This document shows, one piece after another, positions 36,397 through 48,520 of a DNA stretch of 64,000 nt (its first letter is position 1; every line of letters starts with the position of its first letter). A model generated the notes under the pieces. The model saw only the letters and a list, made by a program, of their open reading frames with translations, did not search any database and had not been told where the DNA came from. The translations under genes were made by a program, and so were the position numbers. Source of the DNA: Octopus bimaculoides (taxonomy: Eukaryota); assembly GCF_001194135.2 (NCBI RefSeq), contig NC_068981.1:153006059-153070058 (forward strand), read 5' to 3'.

Positions 36397-39300
36397 GCTT
36401 CTTTCAGTTTCAGTCTATCAAATCCACTCACAAAGCTTTGGTTGGCCTGAGGCTATAGTAGAAAACCCTTGTCCAATGGGAACTACGTGAGAAAGTAAAA
36501 TAAATGTGTTGAATAACATTTTACTATGCAAAATCACTTCATTTCAACGTTGGAGATGTGAAAAGCAGTAAGGTTTGACATTGACTTTGAACAAACGTGT
36601 GTTTATGAAGTGACCAAGAAACTAGGTGAATGACCAGAGTGGTCATTTTTCTGTAAGTGTAAATAATACAAGAGTGAAAGCCTACTTAGATGAGGGGGGT
36701 GGGTGGAGAGTTGCAGCTAATTAAGAGGGGTGGAGTGGAGGATGGTTGTCTTTGTATTTAAAAAGCCATTGGTTGCCACATGGGAGTATTTTTTTCCCTT
36801 CCAGATTCTTGTCCATCATTCTTATTTCCACTCTTAGCCTTTCTCTCTCTCCTGTAATTATATTTTCCTCTCTTCTCTCTCACAACATTTCAATATCACT
36901 CTCTTGATGTCAACTTCATTATTTTTTTTTCAACTATTTTTATCTCCCTTCTTTTTATTACTTCATCTTTTTTCTCGTCTTTGCTTGCTCTTTTTGCTTT
37001 TCTCTCTCGTCACCCTTCTCATTCTCTCTCTCTCTCTCTTGTCATCCCGCTCTTTCTCTCTCTCTCTCTCTCCACCCCACCCCTTCTCTCTCCTTCATCT
37101 ATCTATTCCTCTCTCTCTTCTATCTGCTGTCCTTACTTTCATTTCTCCCTCCCTCGCTCCTCGAGTCTTCTCTTTAATGATGAATTAGAGAACTTCAATT
37201 ATTTGCAACTGCTTAAGAACATAAAATGCTCCTTGCCACCCCCAGACCCTTTATAGCCAGTCTTTGTGCAGAGCAAGCTAGCATGCAAGCACCTATCATT
37301 AACAGGAAATTAGACACAAATGAGTGACTGTAGGAGTGGGAGGAGAGAGTGTAAGAGCTGCCTTGTGTCTCCCTAAAGGTGTCACTCGGCATTGCTATGA
37401 AAATAACAGGCTAGCACTAGAGTTTGCCACAAATTAGATTATAACTTCAAACAATGTTATAACACTAGTAATAGGCCATTGTACCAAGTCTGTCATTATG
37501 TAAGTAATATCTTGTCACAACGGCTTAATTAACACAGATAACGAGCTAACAGCTAACGGTCGTCAGAAACTGGATATTGATGCTATCGTACAGTTTTAGG
37601 GATCAACTGAAATAGAAGTAACTAATCAGGATTCCTACAGGCTGCCTCTTCTGTTCATTGGTGGTGGCATCATTGAAGCTAGTTATCTGGATGTGTTAAA
37701 TAACTTGTGAATTGTATTGAGAAATAGCTACTATAGCTATTGTTGAATGGTTTAACTAGTATAGTCTTAGTCTAAATTTTTCTAGCCTATAAAATTCTAA
37801 CCTGGTCTTAAATAGTGTCTGTTATTATCAGACACTGTATAATTATATCATTGTCTATTCACTATGTATATGAAGAGAGACAACAAAACTATATCTTTTC
37901 CAATACAGTTGTCAGCTTGTATAAGTTCTTATAGTCTCCTGTTCATTAGACTATTATGATCACAGCTTCTTTCTTTTTGGTTTGCCAGTCTATTTTTGTG
38001 CAGCTGTGCATATATGCATGCATGCATACATGCTTACATTAATTCTTTTTTCTGGAGTACCACAGTTTTTAACTAGTAACAGTCATGTCTCAAATTTACC
38101 TCTTTCATTATGTTATGAGACACAAATACTATACAGACAGAAGCATTTCACAATGGAAATGAAAACTAAACTTAAAACAATAAAATCCATTTAAATATTT
38201 TGTTATGGGTAGTGGTGGCAGAATCCATAGAGTGTTTGGTAAACTACTTGTGCATAGTGTTGTAGAGTGTTGATATAACTGTATTCTTGAAGGTGACATC
38301 CCAGCATGGCTAAAGTAAAAGAACTAAAGAATGCACTCAGAATTATTTTGCTATGAAGATTGTACAGAATATTTATTATAATATATTTCTTTATTTGATG
38401 CTATATGAGAAGCTAGAGCGAATGTTATAGCCTAAATGAATCAATAAGAGTCAAGGTGTTTTTGCACCCACCATTATCTTTCAGATTACTTTCTCAAATG
38501 TAAAAAAAAAATTTTTTTAAAAAAAACCTGAAGGGTAAATACCCTCTTCAGTCAGATTGCACCTTGAAAGTTCCTCTCCGAGGCACAAATCCAGGAAAGG
38601 TTGTTTATGGAAGACCAGCAGTCACCCATTCATACCAGCCTCCCCTTATCCAAGGGAAATGCAAAAGCCAATACAGCTTGGTACCAGTGGCGTTACAACT
38701 CATTTCTACAGCTGAGTGAACAGGAGCAATGTGAAATAAAGTGTCTTGCTCAAGAACACAACCTGATCTGGGAATCAAACTTCATGATTTTGAACCTGAT
38801 GCTCTTACCATTGAGCCATGTGCTTTATCTATTCACATTGTTTTGAACTAATCATGTATTATTTTGTAGCTGTGTTTGAGATTTCAATGATGTGTTTGTA
38901 TATTTTTAGAATGACATTATAGGGTAGGTGAGGGGCCAGATCTTGACAGGTAGAATATTTGAGCCAGATACGGTCAGTTTAAATGTTAAAGGGTTGATAT
39001 TATCTGTGCGCAAAGATAACATAGGCTCTGTTGACAAGGGACGGGAAATCCCAGATGTAATTTGAAAAAGTAAGGGTGCTTGTAGATTGTGGGGTTCTTG
39101 ACAATATCTTTTACTGAGGTTTATATTACTTACACCTTGCTGCTGTTTAACCCTAAGTCAATCTCTTTAAACCTATGATTAAAGTTGATCCAACCTTGAC
39201 CATCAAGTCTTCCTTTTTTTGCTTTTTCAGATATGATGGTATATAAAGTCTACATTATCTATTGTATTTCTCCCTGAGGATATTATTTAAGAGACATTTA

Positions 39301-39640
39301 GCTATTATTTCTAGCAGGTCAAGCATCCATATGAACTCCCTCATTTGCTTGATTTCATTAGTGCATAGGTCATTCTGGGTGGAAGCAAGAATTTAACCAC
39401 TTCTTTAAAAATTACTAAAAAGAATTTCCTGTTTTTTTTAAAAAATTTAATGAAGTTTATGTTTGTTATAGTTACATAACAAAATACAGTTTCCCTACAG
39501 CAATTAATGTATACATAAATATAAATTTGCTGATTTCTCTTTTTTATGGTCATCTACTGATGTTTTCAATCTTTCAGTATTCAGATGTAATTTCGGTATT
39601 AAGATGTAATTACTAATATAACCTTGTTCTGTTTTTGCAG

Positions 39641-39712
39641 AATTTCCCCTACACTAAAGTTGATGTACCAACTATTATTGCTAAAGCATGTGAGCTGGAT
39701 GGATACAGGTAG
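39641..39712 (+). CDS. TBC1D13: TBC1D13 last coding exon, after a ~26.6 kb intron
   Basis: Acceptor ttgttctgtttttgcag|, phase 0. Encodes NFPYTKVDVPTIIAKACELDGYR* (cf. DYPITDVCQILQKAKEL), with TAG at 39710-39712. A donor G|gtaagt follows at 39742. Confidence 0.88.
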   Translation, partial: NFPYTKVDVPTIIAKACELDGYR

Positions 39713-40257
39713 TAGATATCAGTGGGACTGTTTCTATTTGGGTAAGTACCGTTTATTTCGGACTAACAAAGTCTGTATGAAATATATGTGAGTGACAAGG
39801 GCAGCATTAATACTGGGATTTTAAGTGGGGATAAATATTACCTTTCTGTAAAATACATATATACACACACACATATATACACATATATATATGGGAGTGG
39901 CACTCTGTTGGTTATGATGACGAGTGTTCCAGTTGATCTGATCAATGGAATACCATGATCCTGAAATTAACGTGTGAGTGGCTGTGCACTCCACAGACAT
40001 GTGTACCTTTAATGTAGTGCTCAGGGAGATTCACTGTTATAAGGCTGGTCCTTTGAAATACAAGTACTACTTATTTTTGCCAGCCAACTGAACTGGAGCA
40101 ACATGAAATAAAATGTCTTGCTCAAGGACACAACAATCTTTTTTTTTTCTTTTTTGTAGTTTTGATGATTGAGATTACTTAGCAATATCTAACGAAAATA
40201 TTTTTTGAGATTGTTTCCATTGATATTTAAATAATTTTTTTTTTTGTTTACTTTCAG

Positions 40258-41300
40258 ACTCCTGTTATTGTTACTGTGTAAAGTTCGGGGTGTGTGGCAG
40301 AATTAATCCCATGTCACTCTCTGTTCTGACTTGGCACCAACTACAACTAAAGCATGGCTCTGCTAATATTCTTTCTAGCCACATCAAATTTACACTGCTA
40401 CATTTCCACACAACTATGGCTTTAGTGTGCAATTTTACATGCTCTCCTCTTTTCACTGTTGTTTATACCTGTCTACATACAAAGCCAGTTTGTTCAATTT
40501 TGTCATGGTTAAAATACTCAGCTCATTTTGTTCAGCCATGATAATGAAACCAAACTTACTAACTAACTATTGCTTGTTCATCCAAAAACTGCATCAGTAC
40601 TTGTAACACAACTACTAATACTACTACTACTACTACTACCACCACTATTTAAATGCTAACACTATATTTAAAGATGAGGCTTGTTCTCCTTCCCTGCCTT
40701 CTCATTTTTATACACATCCCTTTACACATGCACTATAGCAACTGCATGAAAAAAATTGAGATTGGGAATGAGTTTCTGAAGTGTACGGCTTCAGGAATAT
40801 TTTGTTTTGCTGACGAAAATAAATACTAAATTCTGATTTATTTTCTATTTTGAAAGAACATCTCTAAATGTGTTGGTGAGTAGTCTGTGATTCCATAAGA
40901 ACTGATTACAAGAATTGATAATTTCAAGTTCAGTTGTGAGTAAAGCAATGTTTAAGTCTCTAAAACATCAAGAAGTAGCCGTTTACAGTTTATTTAAACT
41001 CTCTATTTATACTCTTTGATGAATTTTCAATTGAATTTGGATTGATCCAAATTTTTCATTAAGAAATTCACTTCATTATCACTAATGGGCCACACAGTTA
41101 TTACAGTAAAGTAGCTGGGGAAGAAATTATCATCATGAGAAAGTATTCAATTCTTTGTTTTATGTTTTTTTTTGTTTTTTTAATTTCGATTTAGCCCTAG
41201 ATGATATTTTAATTATTTCATCAAATAATTCATTACTCTAATTTAGTTTGACTGAAATTATCAAATGTTTTAACTCCCTTTTAAAAAATAAATGAATAAC
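40258..41300 (+). other. TBC1D13: Probable terminal 3'UTR exon of TBC1D13 (3' end uncertain)
   Basis: Strong acceptor (T-run...tactttcag| ending at 40257) downstream of the unused donor at 39742. Followed by ~1 kb of AT-rich sequence with few interspersed repeats and AATAAA at 40818 and 41287. Confidence 0.6.
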
Positions 41301-43744
41301 AAACAGCACTAAATAATGATTTCTTTTTCTAGACTATCCCAAAACCTGATTTTGATTGCTAAAATATGGCTATAGTGCTATTGGTTTTGAAAAGAAACTG
41401 AAAAGAGCCTACGTGAATCTCTACTTTCAATTGTGGATTTATGTTAGTATTGCAGATTCCCCTAATGACAAAAAAAGTGGTAACTGTTATTATCTAAGCA
41501 CTAAAATATTCTGGAGAGTCCATGTTTGGTGTGAGTATGCTTACAGGTGTAGATTTTATACCACTGTTATTTGTTTTACAGTGATTGTTGATATATCAAC
41601 CTTTCTTTAGCAAGTCAAATTTGTAATTCAGTGAAAATGTTTATACTGATATACTAAGTCATAGTTGATGCTGGCTAGATATATCAGCTATTGGTCTACT
41701 GGCCAAAGTGTCATAATATACTGTACTGTGTTTATGGCTCACACACAAGTCAATATTCAATTCAAATGTACCCCTTGTAAGTACATCTCACTGCTGTGAG
41801 CAGTAGGGTCATAATATAACTGACAAGTGTTCTGTTAACTTGCAGTGTTAGCTGAGTTCAGTTCCCAGTTTAACACCACCTCCTGACCCTTGGGTGCTTT
41901 TTCAGTTACACTCTGTTGTAATCATTTCGATCAGGTCTCTGGTCTGAAGATAACTTCCCATTTGTCACAGGAACTCTGAAAAGAGTCATGGCACTGCCAT
42001 TCCTCCTGTAGGGAAGCAATTAAAAGAAAATTCCTACCATAGGCAATAACAAAGAGAGAAGGAACTTTGGTATGTTTTTGTGGTATGTCAACAGTACAGT
42101 GTTTACTGGAACCACTGCCACAACCACCTTGTAAGTTGTATTTTGGAATGCAATGATAGACTGTATCTAGACTATACAACTCTATCTCCCTTGAACAACA
42201 AGCTTCATACATCATGTAGAAACAGTAGAACAATGGTAAATGCTTTATAAATCAAAAGTGAATATAGCTTTGATTCTAAATTACAACCACTTGTATTACT
42301 CATACTCATGAAAACATCATGCACATCACAACTCACTTCCTTTCACCTGGTAAATTTGAGATCTTTATGCCGATGTAAAATAATTAGAATTACGAACTGT
42401 CTACCTAAGAGTAGTGGGGGTGGAAAATGCTCTTGAGCACTAGAAAATATCTAGTTTTAAACTGAGTTCAATCTCTGCTGAAGCGGATTTTGTCTTTCAT
42501 GATAAAATGATTACAAGTTGATTCAATATGTCATACCTCTTCCCTGTAAATGTTTGCCTTGTACTGAAGTTAACAGAAATAATTACCTTATTAATTGATG
42601 CTATACAGTGTAAGGTCTTCAAGAAATTAACCATGGTTAATTTATTTCATTTTGTTTTGTTGTTGTTGTTTCACACTGGGTCAGTCCTAATAGAACAAAC
42701 TTATGATCAAAAGCATTCCAGCCATGATCATTGGGAGGGGAAAATTATGTATGTATCTATGATTCTGATATTCAAAATGTCCTTTCCATTTTAAGACAAT
42801 AGAATATGATTAGAAAGAGATTTGGTTGCTATATCTAGCAGATTAAGTGATCACATAGAGGATCCCTCATTATATCACAAGTTTCTATTTCCTTTCTCTT
42901 ATAATTTTGTTTATGAAATTATCATTATTGGAATGGCAGCTATGGTGTAACATTAAATTCTTGGTTAATCAAATCTTTAACATGATTTTGAGCCAAAGTT
43001 CATTTCTGTTTGGCTCACTACATATAAATATAATGCTGTCAAAAAAGACATAACCTAGTATTGCAAACTAAATGATGTCAATTCTCTGAACCAAGGATAA
43101 AGACTTCCCTTCTCACCTGTCTCAGGGCTGTTGGATGCATTACAGGTATTGTGCTTACTCCTCTGATTTACCCTTTGATAAAATGAATAAATAAAAAAAT
43201 AAAAAAAATTACCTTTCCCTTAGATATCAATCCTTTTACTTTTATGATAAGTATTGCCAGCATTTGAACTTGGGCCACTTTTGGATTCAGACTACAATGT
43301 TATAATGATTTCACACTGACATTGGATACTTCTGAACTCAAATAGCACTTGGAGTGATTTTTGCTTTCATTTCTGTAGGAATTGATAACATAAATAAAAT
43401 TAATGTGCAAAGATTGGTTCCATAAAAAAAAAAAAAACTCTGTCTTTGTACCTACTCAGAAGAAATTGTTATAACCATAGAAGTAGTAATACTGTTTATA
43501 TCATGAATTGGCTGTTCCTTCCATTGTGCCAATGTAGAAAATCTTGGCAGAATCATTAGAACATCCGACAGTATTTAGTTCTGGCCCTTTGCATTCTGAG
43601 TTCAAATCTTACCAAGGGCTATTTTTGCATTCCACTCTTCTAAAGTTGATAAAATAGTGCTAGTCAAGTGTTGGGATTAATATACTTGACTCTTCTTTCC
43701 CACCAAAATTTCTTGCTTTGTGCCTATGTAAGAAATCATTACTG

Positions 43745-43812
<68 letters not shown>

Positions 43813-43999
43813 GTGCTGGACAAAATGTTTAGCAGCATTTCTTCTGGTTTTTTACATTCTGAGTTAAAACCCTGCTGAGGTCATGTTTACCTTCCACTCT
43901 TTTGGAGTTGATGAAATAAAGTACCAGTGAAGTACTAGGATTGGTGTTATCAACAATTCCCTCCCCTTAAAATAACTTGCCATGTGCCTGAATTTGAAA

Positions 44000-44033
<34 letters not shown>

Positions 44034-44290
44034 CATTATTATTGTTATTAAAGCAGTGAGCTGGCAGAATCGTTAGCGCACTAGACAAAATACTTAGCAG
44101 TATTTCACCCATCACTATGTTCTAAGTCCAAATTCTGCTGAGGTCGACTTTGCCTTTAGTCCTTTCAGGGTTGATAAGTACCAGTTGAACACTGAGGTTG
44201 TTGTAATCGACTCATCCCCTCCCCCAAAATTGCTGCCCTTATGGCAAAATTTGAAACCATTATTATTGTTACTACTACTACTACTACTAC

Positions 44291-44325
<35 letters not shown>

Positions 44326-44548
44326 CAGCGAGCTGGCAGAATCGTCGGCACTCCAAGCAAAATATTTAGTGGCATTTCATCTTTCTTTATTTTCTGAGTT
44401 CAAATTCTGCCTAGGTTGACTTTACCTTTCATCCTTTTGGGGGGTCGATAAAATAAGTACCAGTTGAACACCGGGGTTGATGTAATTGACTCATCCCCTC
44501 CCCCAAAATCACTGCACTTGTGACAAAATTTGAAACCATTATTATTAT
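43813..44548 (+). mobile_element. Head-to-tail trimer of family A SINEs separated by (ATT/TAA)n tracts
   Basis: Three diverged copies start at ~43813 (5'-truncated), ~44051 and ~44324; each ends AAATTTGAAA(T/C)CATTATTATT. Confidence 0.8.
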
Positions 44549-46339
44549 CATGTGATCTGGTACCAAAATTTGAAGCAATTATGTTTTCTACATTACATCC
44601 TATGACTTTTATATTCTGTTTTTCATCTCCCTATTATCACTAAAAAAAGTACCATTAATACAGTGGGATCCATTCAGTTAGTTGTGCCCGCTGTTTCCTG
44701 TAAACATTGGTGTTATTTTGAAATCAAAGAAATTGTTGTTTCCTGTTTTATTGTTTTCTCTCTTTTTCGGGCAACTATTTGTCAGAAATACTCAAACTTT
44801 CCTTTTTTAACTAGCTTTAATTCTGGTTCCCTTTTTACCACAATAACCCAAGAACTGTATTTTCATCCGATGGGACTTCTGAACTGCTGATTCTTATTTT
44901 ATGGATGTCTGACTCTGTTTAGATTTCAACTAAGAAGTATGCTTATCACAAAATTAGTGCTTATAAACATCCATTCTAATTATCTAAGTCTGCATTATCT
45001 CAGTTATTAATTTACATACACATAAATATTAGATCTTCCAATCTCTGTCTGTTCTAGATGCCAAAACAATTGCTGACTAAGATAGTTACTTAAATCTCAC
45101 TGGCTTCATCACACTACTGTAGATAGGTACCAGAAATAGGTTCAGTTCATCACTGTATAGAGCCTGACCAATATGTAATTACTGTGTATTTAGTTAGCTT
45201 GCAGTATTCAATTCAAGTTCGTCTCTGGGTCTGGAGAAGTCAAGAAGTTGCTCCATTGCTTAGCTCTATACAAGAATCCTTATTTAGCTTGTTTAGACTC
45301 AGTCTCTGGCTATGATTTGGTTTGCAGGTGATGACTTGTATGCAGCAGTCAAAACTAACTGCATTACACTCCTTATATACAGATATCATTTTTACTTCAC
45401 CACATTACATTTCATTTATTTGATATCCATTTGAGCATAAACTTCTTCAACACATTTTCATAATTAGATATAATTGGCAAATTGGCAATGTAATTAAAAC
45501 ATTGGATTGGATAAATTGCCTTGCAGTATTTATCTTGACTTTTTGAATTCTGAGTTCAATTCTCACTGACATCAACTTTGCCTTTCCTAGTTCCGGTCTT
45601 GGGCAATGAATTGGCAGAATTGTTACCGCATCAGATAAGTTGTCTTATAATAATTTCTATTGTTCTTTGCATTTTGAGTTCAGATCCTGCTGTGGCCTTC
45701 TTGGGTACTAGACTTAATCCGTAACCCACCCAATTAAACACCATCATCTAATCCTTGGCTTAGAGTCTGCTTTGTTGCCAGTATTTTGGCCAAGTCTTTG
45801 GTTTGAAGGTACATCCCCTAACCACTGAAGATTCCATACAAGATCATGAGCAAAGCCTTTCCTCCTAACTGATAAAAACTCATTTACTTTGTCATATTAT
45901 AAAATATCCTTAGTGCTGTGAATTGGCTGAATCAGTAGCATGTCAGTATTTAGTTATGACCCTTTATGTTCTGAGTTCAAATTCCACTGAAATAGGCTTT
46001 ACCTGTTATTGTTCCAAGTTCAATAAAATAAAGTTTCTATAAAGTACAGGGGTAGATTTAATTGATTATCTCTCTCTCTCTCTCTCTCTAAACATTGTGA
46101 TCTTTTACCAGTGTTAGAAAGCAATATATTACACAACAACCTTACAATATTTAGATCTATCCTTTTAACTTCTGACTTCACTCCTTTGTGGACAATGAAA
46201 TAAAGTCTAGATGCATTGAGTTATTCTCTTCTGTTCTGCAATAGTATATCTTTGTAGCAATGTCCTGACTTTCTTCTGTTGGCTCTCAGCTCCTGATAAA
46301 GTCATGTAGATGAGCATTGTAACACAGGGTGTGTCTTAA

Positions 46340-46565
46340 CCCTTTAACATTTAGATTACCCTGCCAAATATAATGCTTGTTTATTCATATTGTTTTGAAT
46401 TAATCATGCATTATCTCATGGCTTCAAAATTTTGATGATGTGATTGTTTATTTTCAGAAAATTTTTAGAAATTTAGGGCATCAGTAAGTGGCCAGATCTG
46501 GCTGGTTTGAACATAAAATAGGTAAAATATTTAAGCCAGATATGGTCGATTTAAATGCTAAAGGG
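46340..46565. mobile_element. piggyBac-type MITE family 2, complete
   Basis: TTAA-CCCTTTAACATTTA ... TAAATGCTAAAGGG-TTAA. Confidence 0.8.
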
Positions 46566-48189
46566 TTAAGCATTTTGAACCTGGTGGATTTCATGCCTCT
46601 CCATGTTTGAACATGGCTGACTTCTTTCAGAAAAAAGAAGAAAAAAAAATCAACCTTAATACTATAGGTTTTAGTATCCTGGTAAAATGAAAGGCAAAGT
46701 TTACATTGATGGGATTTGAACTCAGTATGCAGAAAGCTATAATGAATACTGCAAGACATTCTATTCAACATTTTAATGACTCTGCCAGTCTAAGGAATTA
46801 TGATTATCAAGACTTAAGACAGAAACTACAATAAATACTACATGGTATTTACTTCTATTTATCCCTCTTGGCTCTGACTGTACAAGACCTAGCAAGGTCC
46901 ACTTATCCTTCCATCCTGCTAGGATCAGTAATATAAGGGTTTTGGTTTAATCTCCTATTCAGTTCTGCCCTCATACCTATGTAAGAAAAAAAAAAAAGAC
47001 AGAGCCTCCATGTGGTCACCATATATGCTAGAAGTGGCAACCAAATTTTCCTTTACTCACACTTTCACTATCTTTAAAACAAGATGATATCTAACAGTAT
47101 ATTGTAGTGGTTCCTGACTCTTACACTGATTGAAGATTATCTGTTTGAATTGATTTTCCCATGAAGGCTTTTGAAAAATTTGTCTAGTCAACATTTTTTG
47201 AATTCAACTGACAGACCCCACTACTACTGCAAACCTGAGGCTGGGAACCATTGCTATATTTGAGAATGCAGTATTAGAGAGAGAAAAAAATGACTAATGT
47301 TCATAGTTGGGAAGCTTTTAAACATAAGCCTGTTCAGTTAAGGCTATCCTGGGGCTAAACAGTAATTAATGCTGTCATTATTTCATTTCCAATGGCAGTA
47401 GAAATGTCTAATAAATATATCATGTAGATGAAACAATAACCATTAATCATTAAGTATTAATCCGTTCATATTAGCTGTCATGATGTTTGTTTCGATTTGA
47501 CTTTTAAATTAATTTTTGTTTGTAGTTGTTGTTTAACTCAAAACCATCAGTATTGTTGAACAGATTTTAATCAAAAGCTTTCTAGCTATAACCATCCTAT
47601 CTTTTCCAGACATAATATATCTAGGACTACAAAGCCTTATGTGTCCTTTCCCTTAAAAAAAATTTTTTTTTTTTTGAACCTTTTTGTGACCCAATGTCTT
47701 CTGAAATACTTGGTCTATGACTTTTAATTACTTTTTAAGATTAACTAGCATTTGGTGGCAATTAATAAAATAACTAATTATGCTATTAGGAATTTAGTAT
47801 TTGAAATATAATTTAACAAAAGGTTCTTATATTAAACTATGTTGGGATGTTTTAATTTAAACATTAATACTTTCAGAGGGTTAAGATAGTATGATTTCAG
47901 GACATTGCAGCTGCTATTTCTTACAAATTGACTGCATAGAGGATTCTTTGTATCCACCAAGAGTTAATAAAATAAAATTGCAGTGATATATATATAATAT
48001 CCACATCTTTTATGATAATATTGGTCTTGTGTCTTGGCTGTTGAAATAAAGTACAGGCTATTGTTAATGTCATTTCGCCCCTAATTAAACCTTGATTGAT
48101 CAAAAGTATTACAATTTGGACTATTCCAAGCATGTCCTTTTTTTTTTTTTTTTTAGTTTGTTAGGGTGTGGTTTGAGAGAATTGTCTGA

Positions 48190-48520
48190 TATCTCAACCA
48201 GGGTCCATAGAAGATATTTGTAGGGTCCATGCAACAAATTAGTAAATTGGGGAGGGATCCACAAAAGTATTTTAAAGGCCTCTGAAAGAATTTTGATTTA
48301 GATGTATGTATTGGTATGTATTACAAGAAACAGCTATGTATCTTTCTCTAACATTTTACATAGTTCAGCCTATACAAGTTAATGTGTGAAAAAACAAAGT
48401 AGGAGTTTTGAAAGAAGTATCTATAAAACTAGTTTTTAAACATCGAATGGCTATGGCAGTCCACCAAAATGAAATAGTAATCAAAGGGGTCCATAGATAA
48501 ATAATGGTTGAGAACCCCTG
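48190..48520. mobile_element. hAT MITE, left end truncated
   Basis: Right end GGTTGAGAACCCCTG; the interior is homologous to 61779-62065. Confidence 0.65.

Noticed and set aside
36680-36790. G-rich tract with CCAAT and TATA-like motifs as a promoter or G-quadruplex
   Set aside because: There is no CpG retention, the G-runs are irregular and such motifs are expected by chance in this composition.
43748-44548. CRISPR-like or regularly spaced repeat array
   Set aside because: The units are ~200-bp diverged eukaryotic SINE copies with microsatellite linkers, and there are no cas genes or prokaryotic context.
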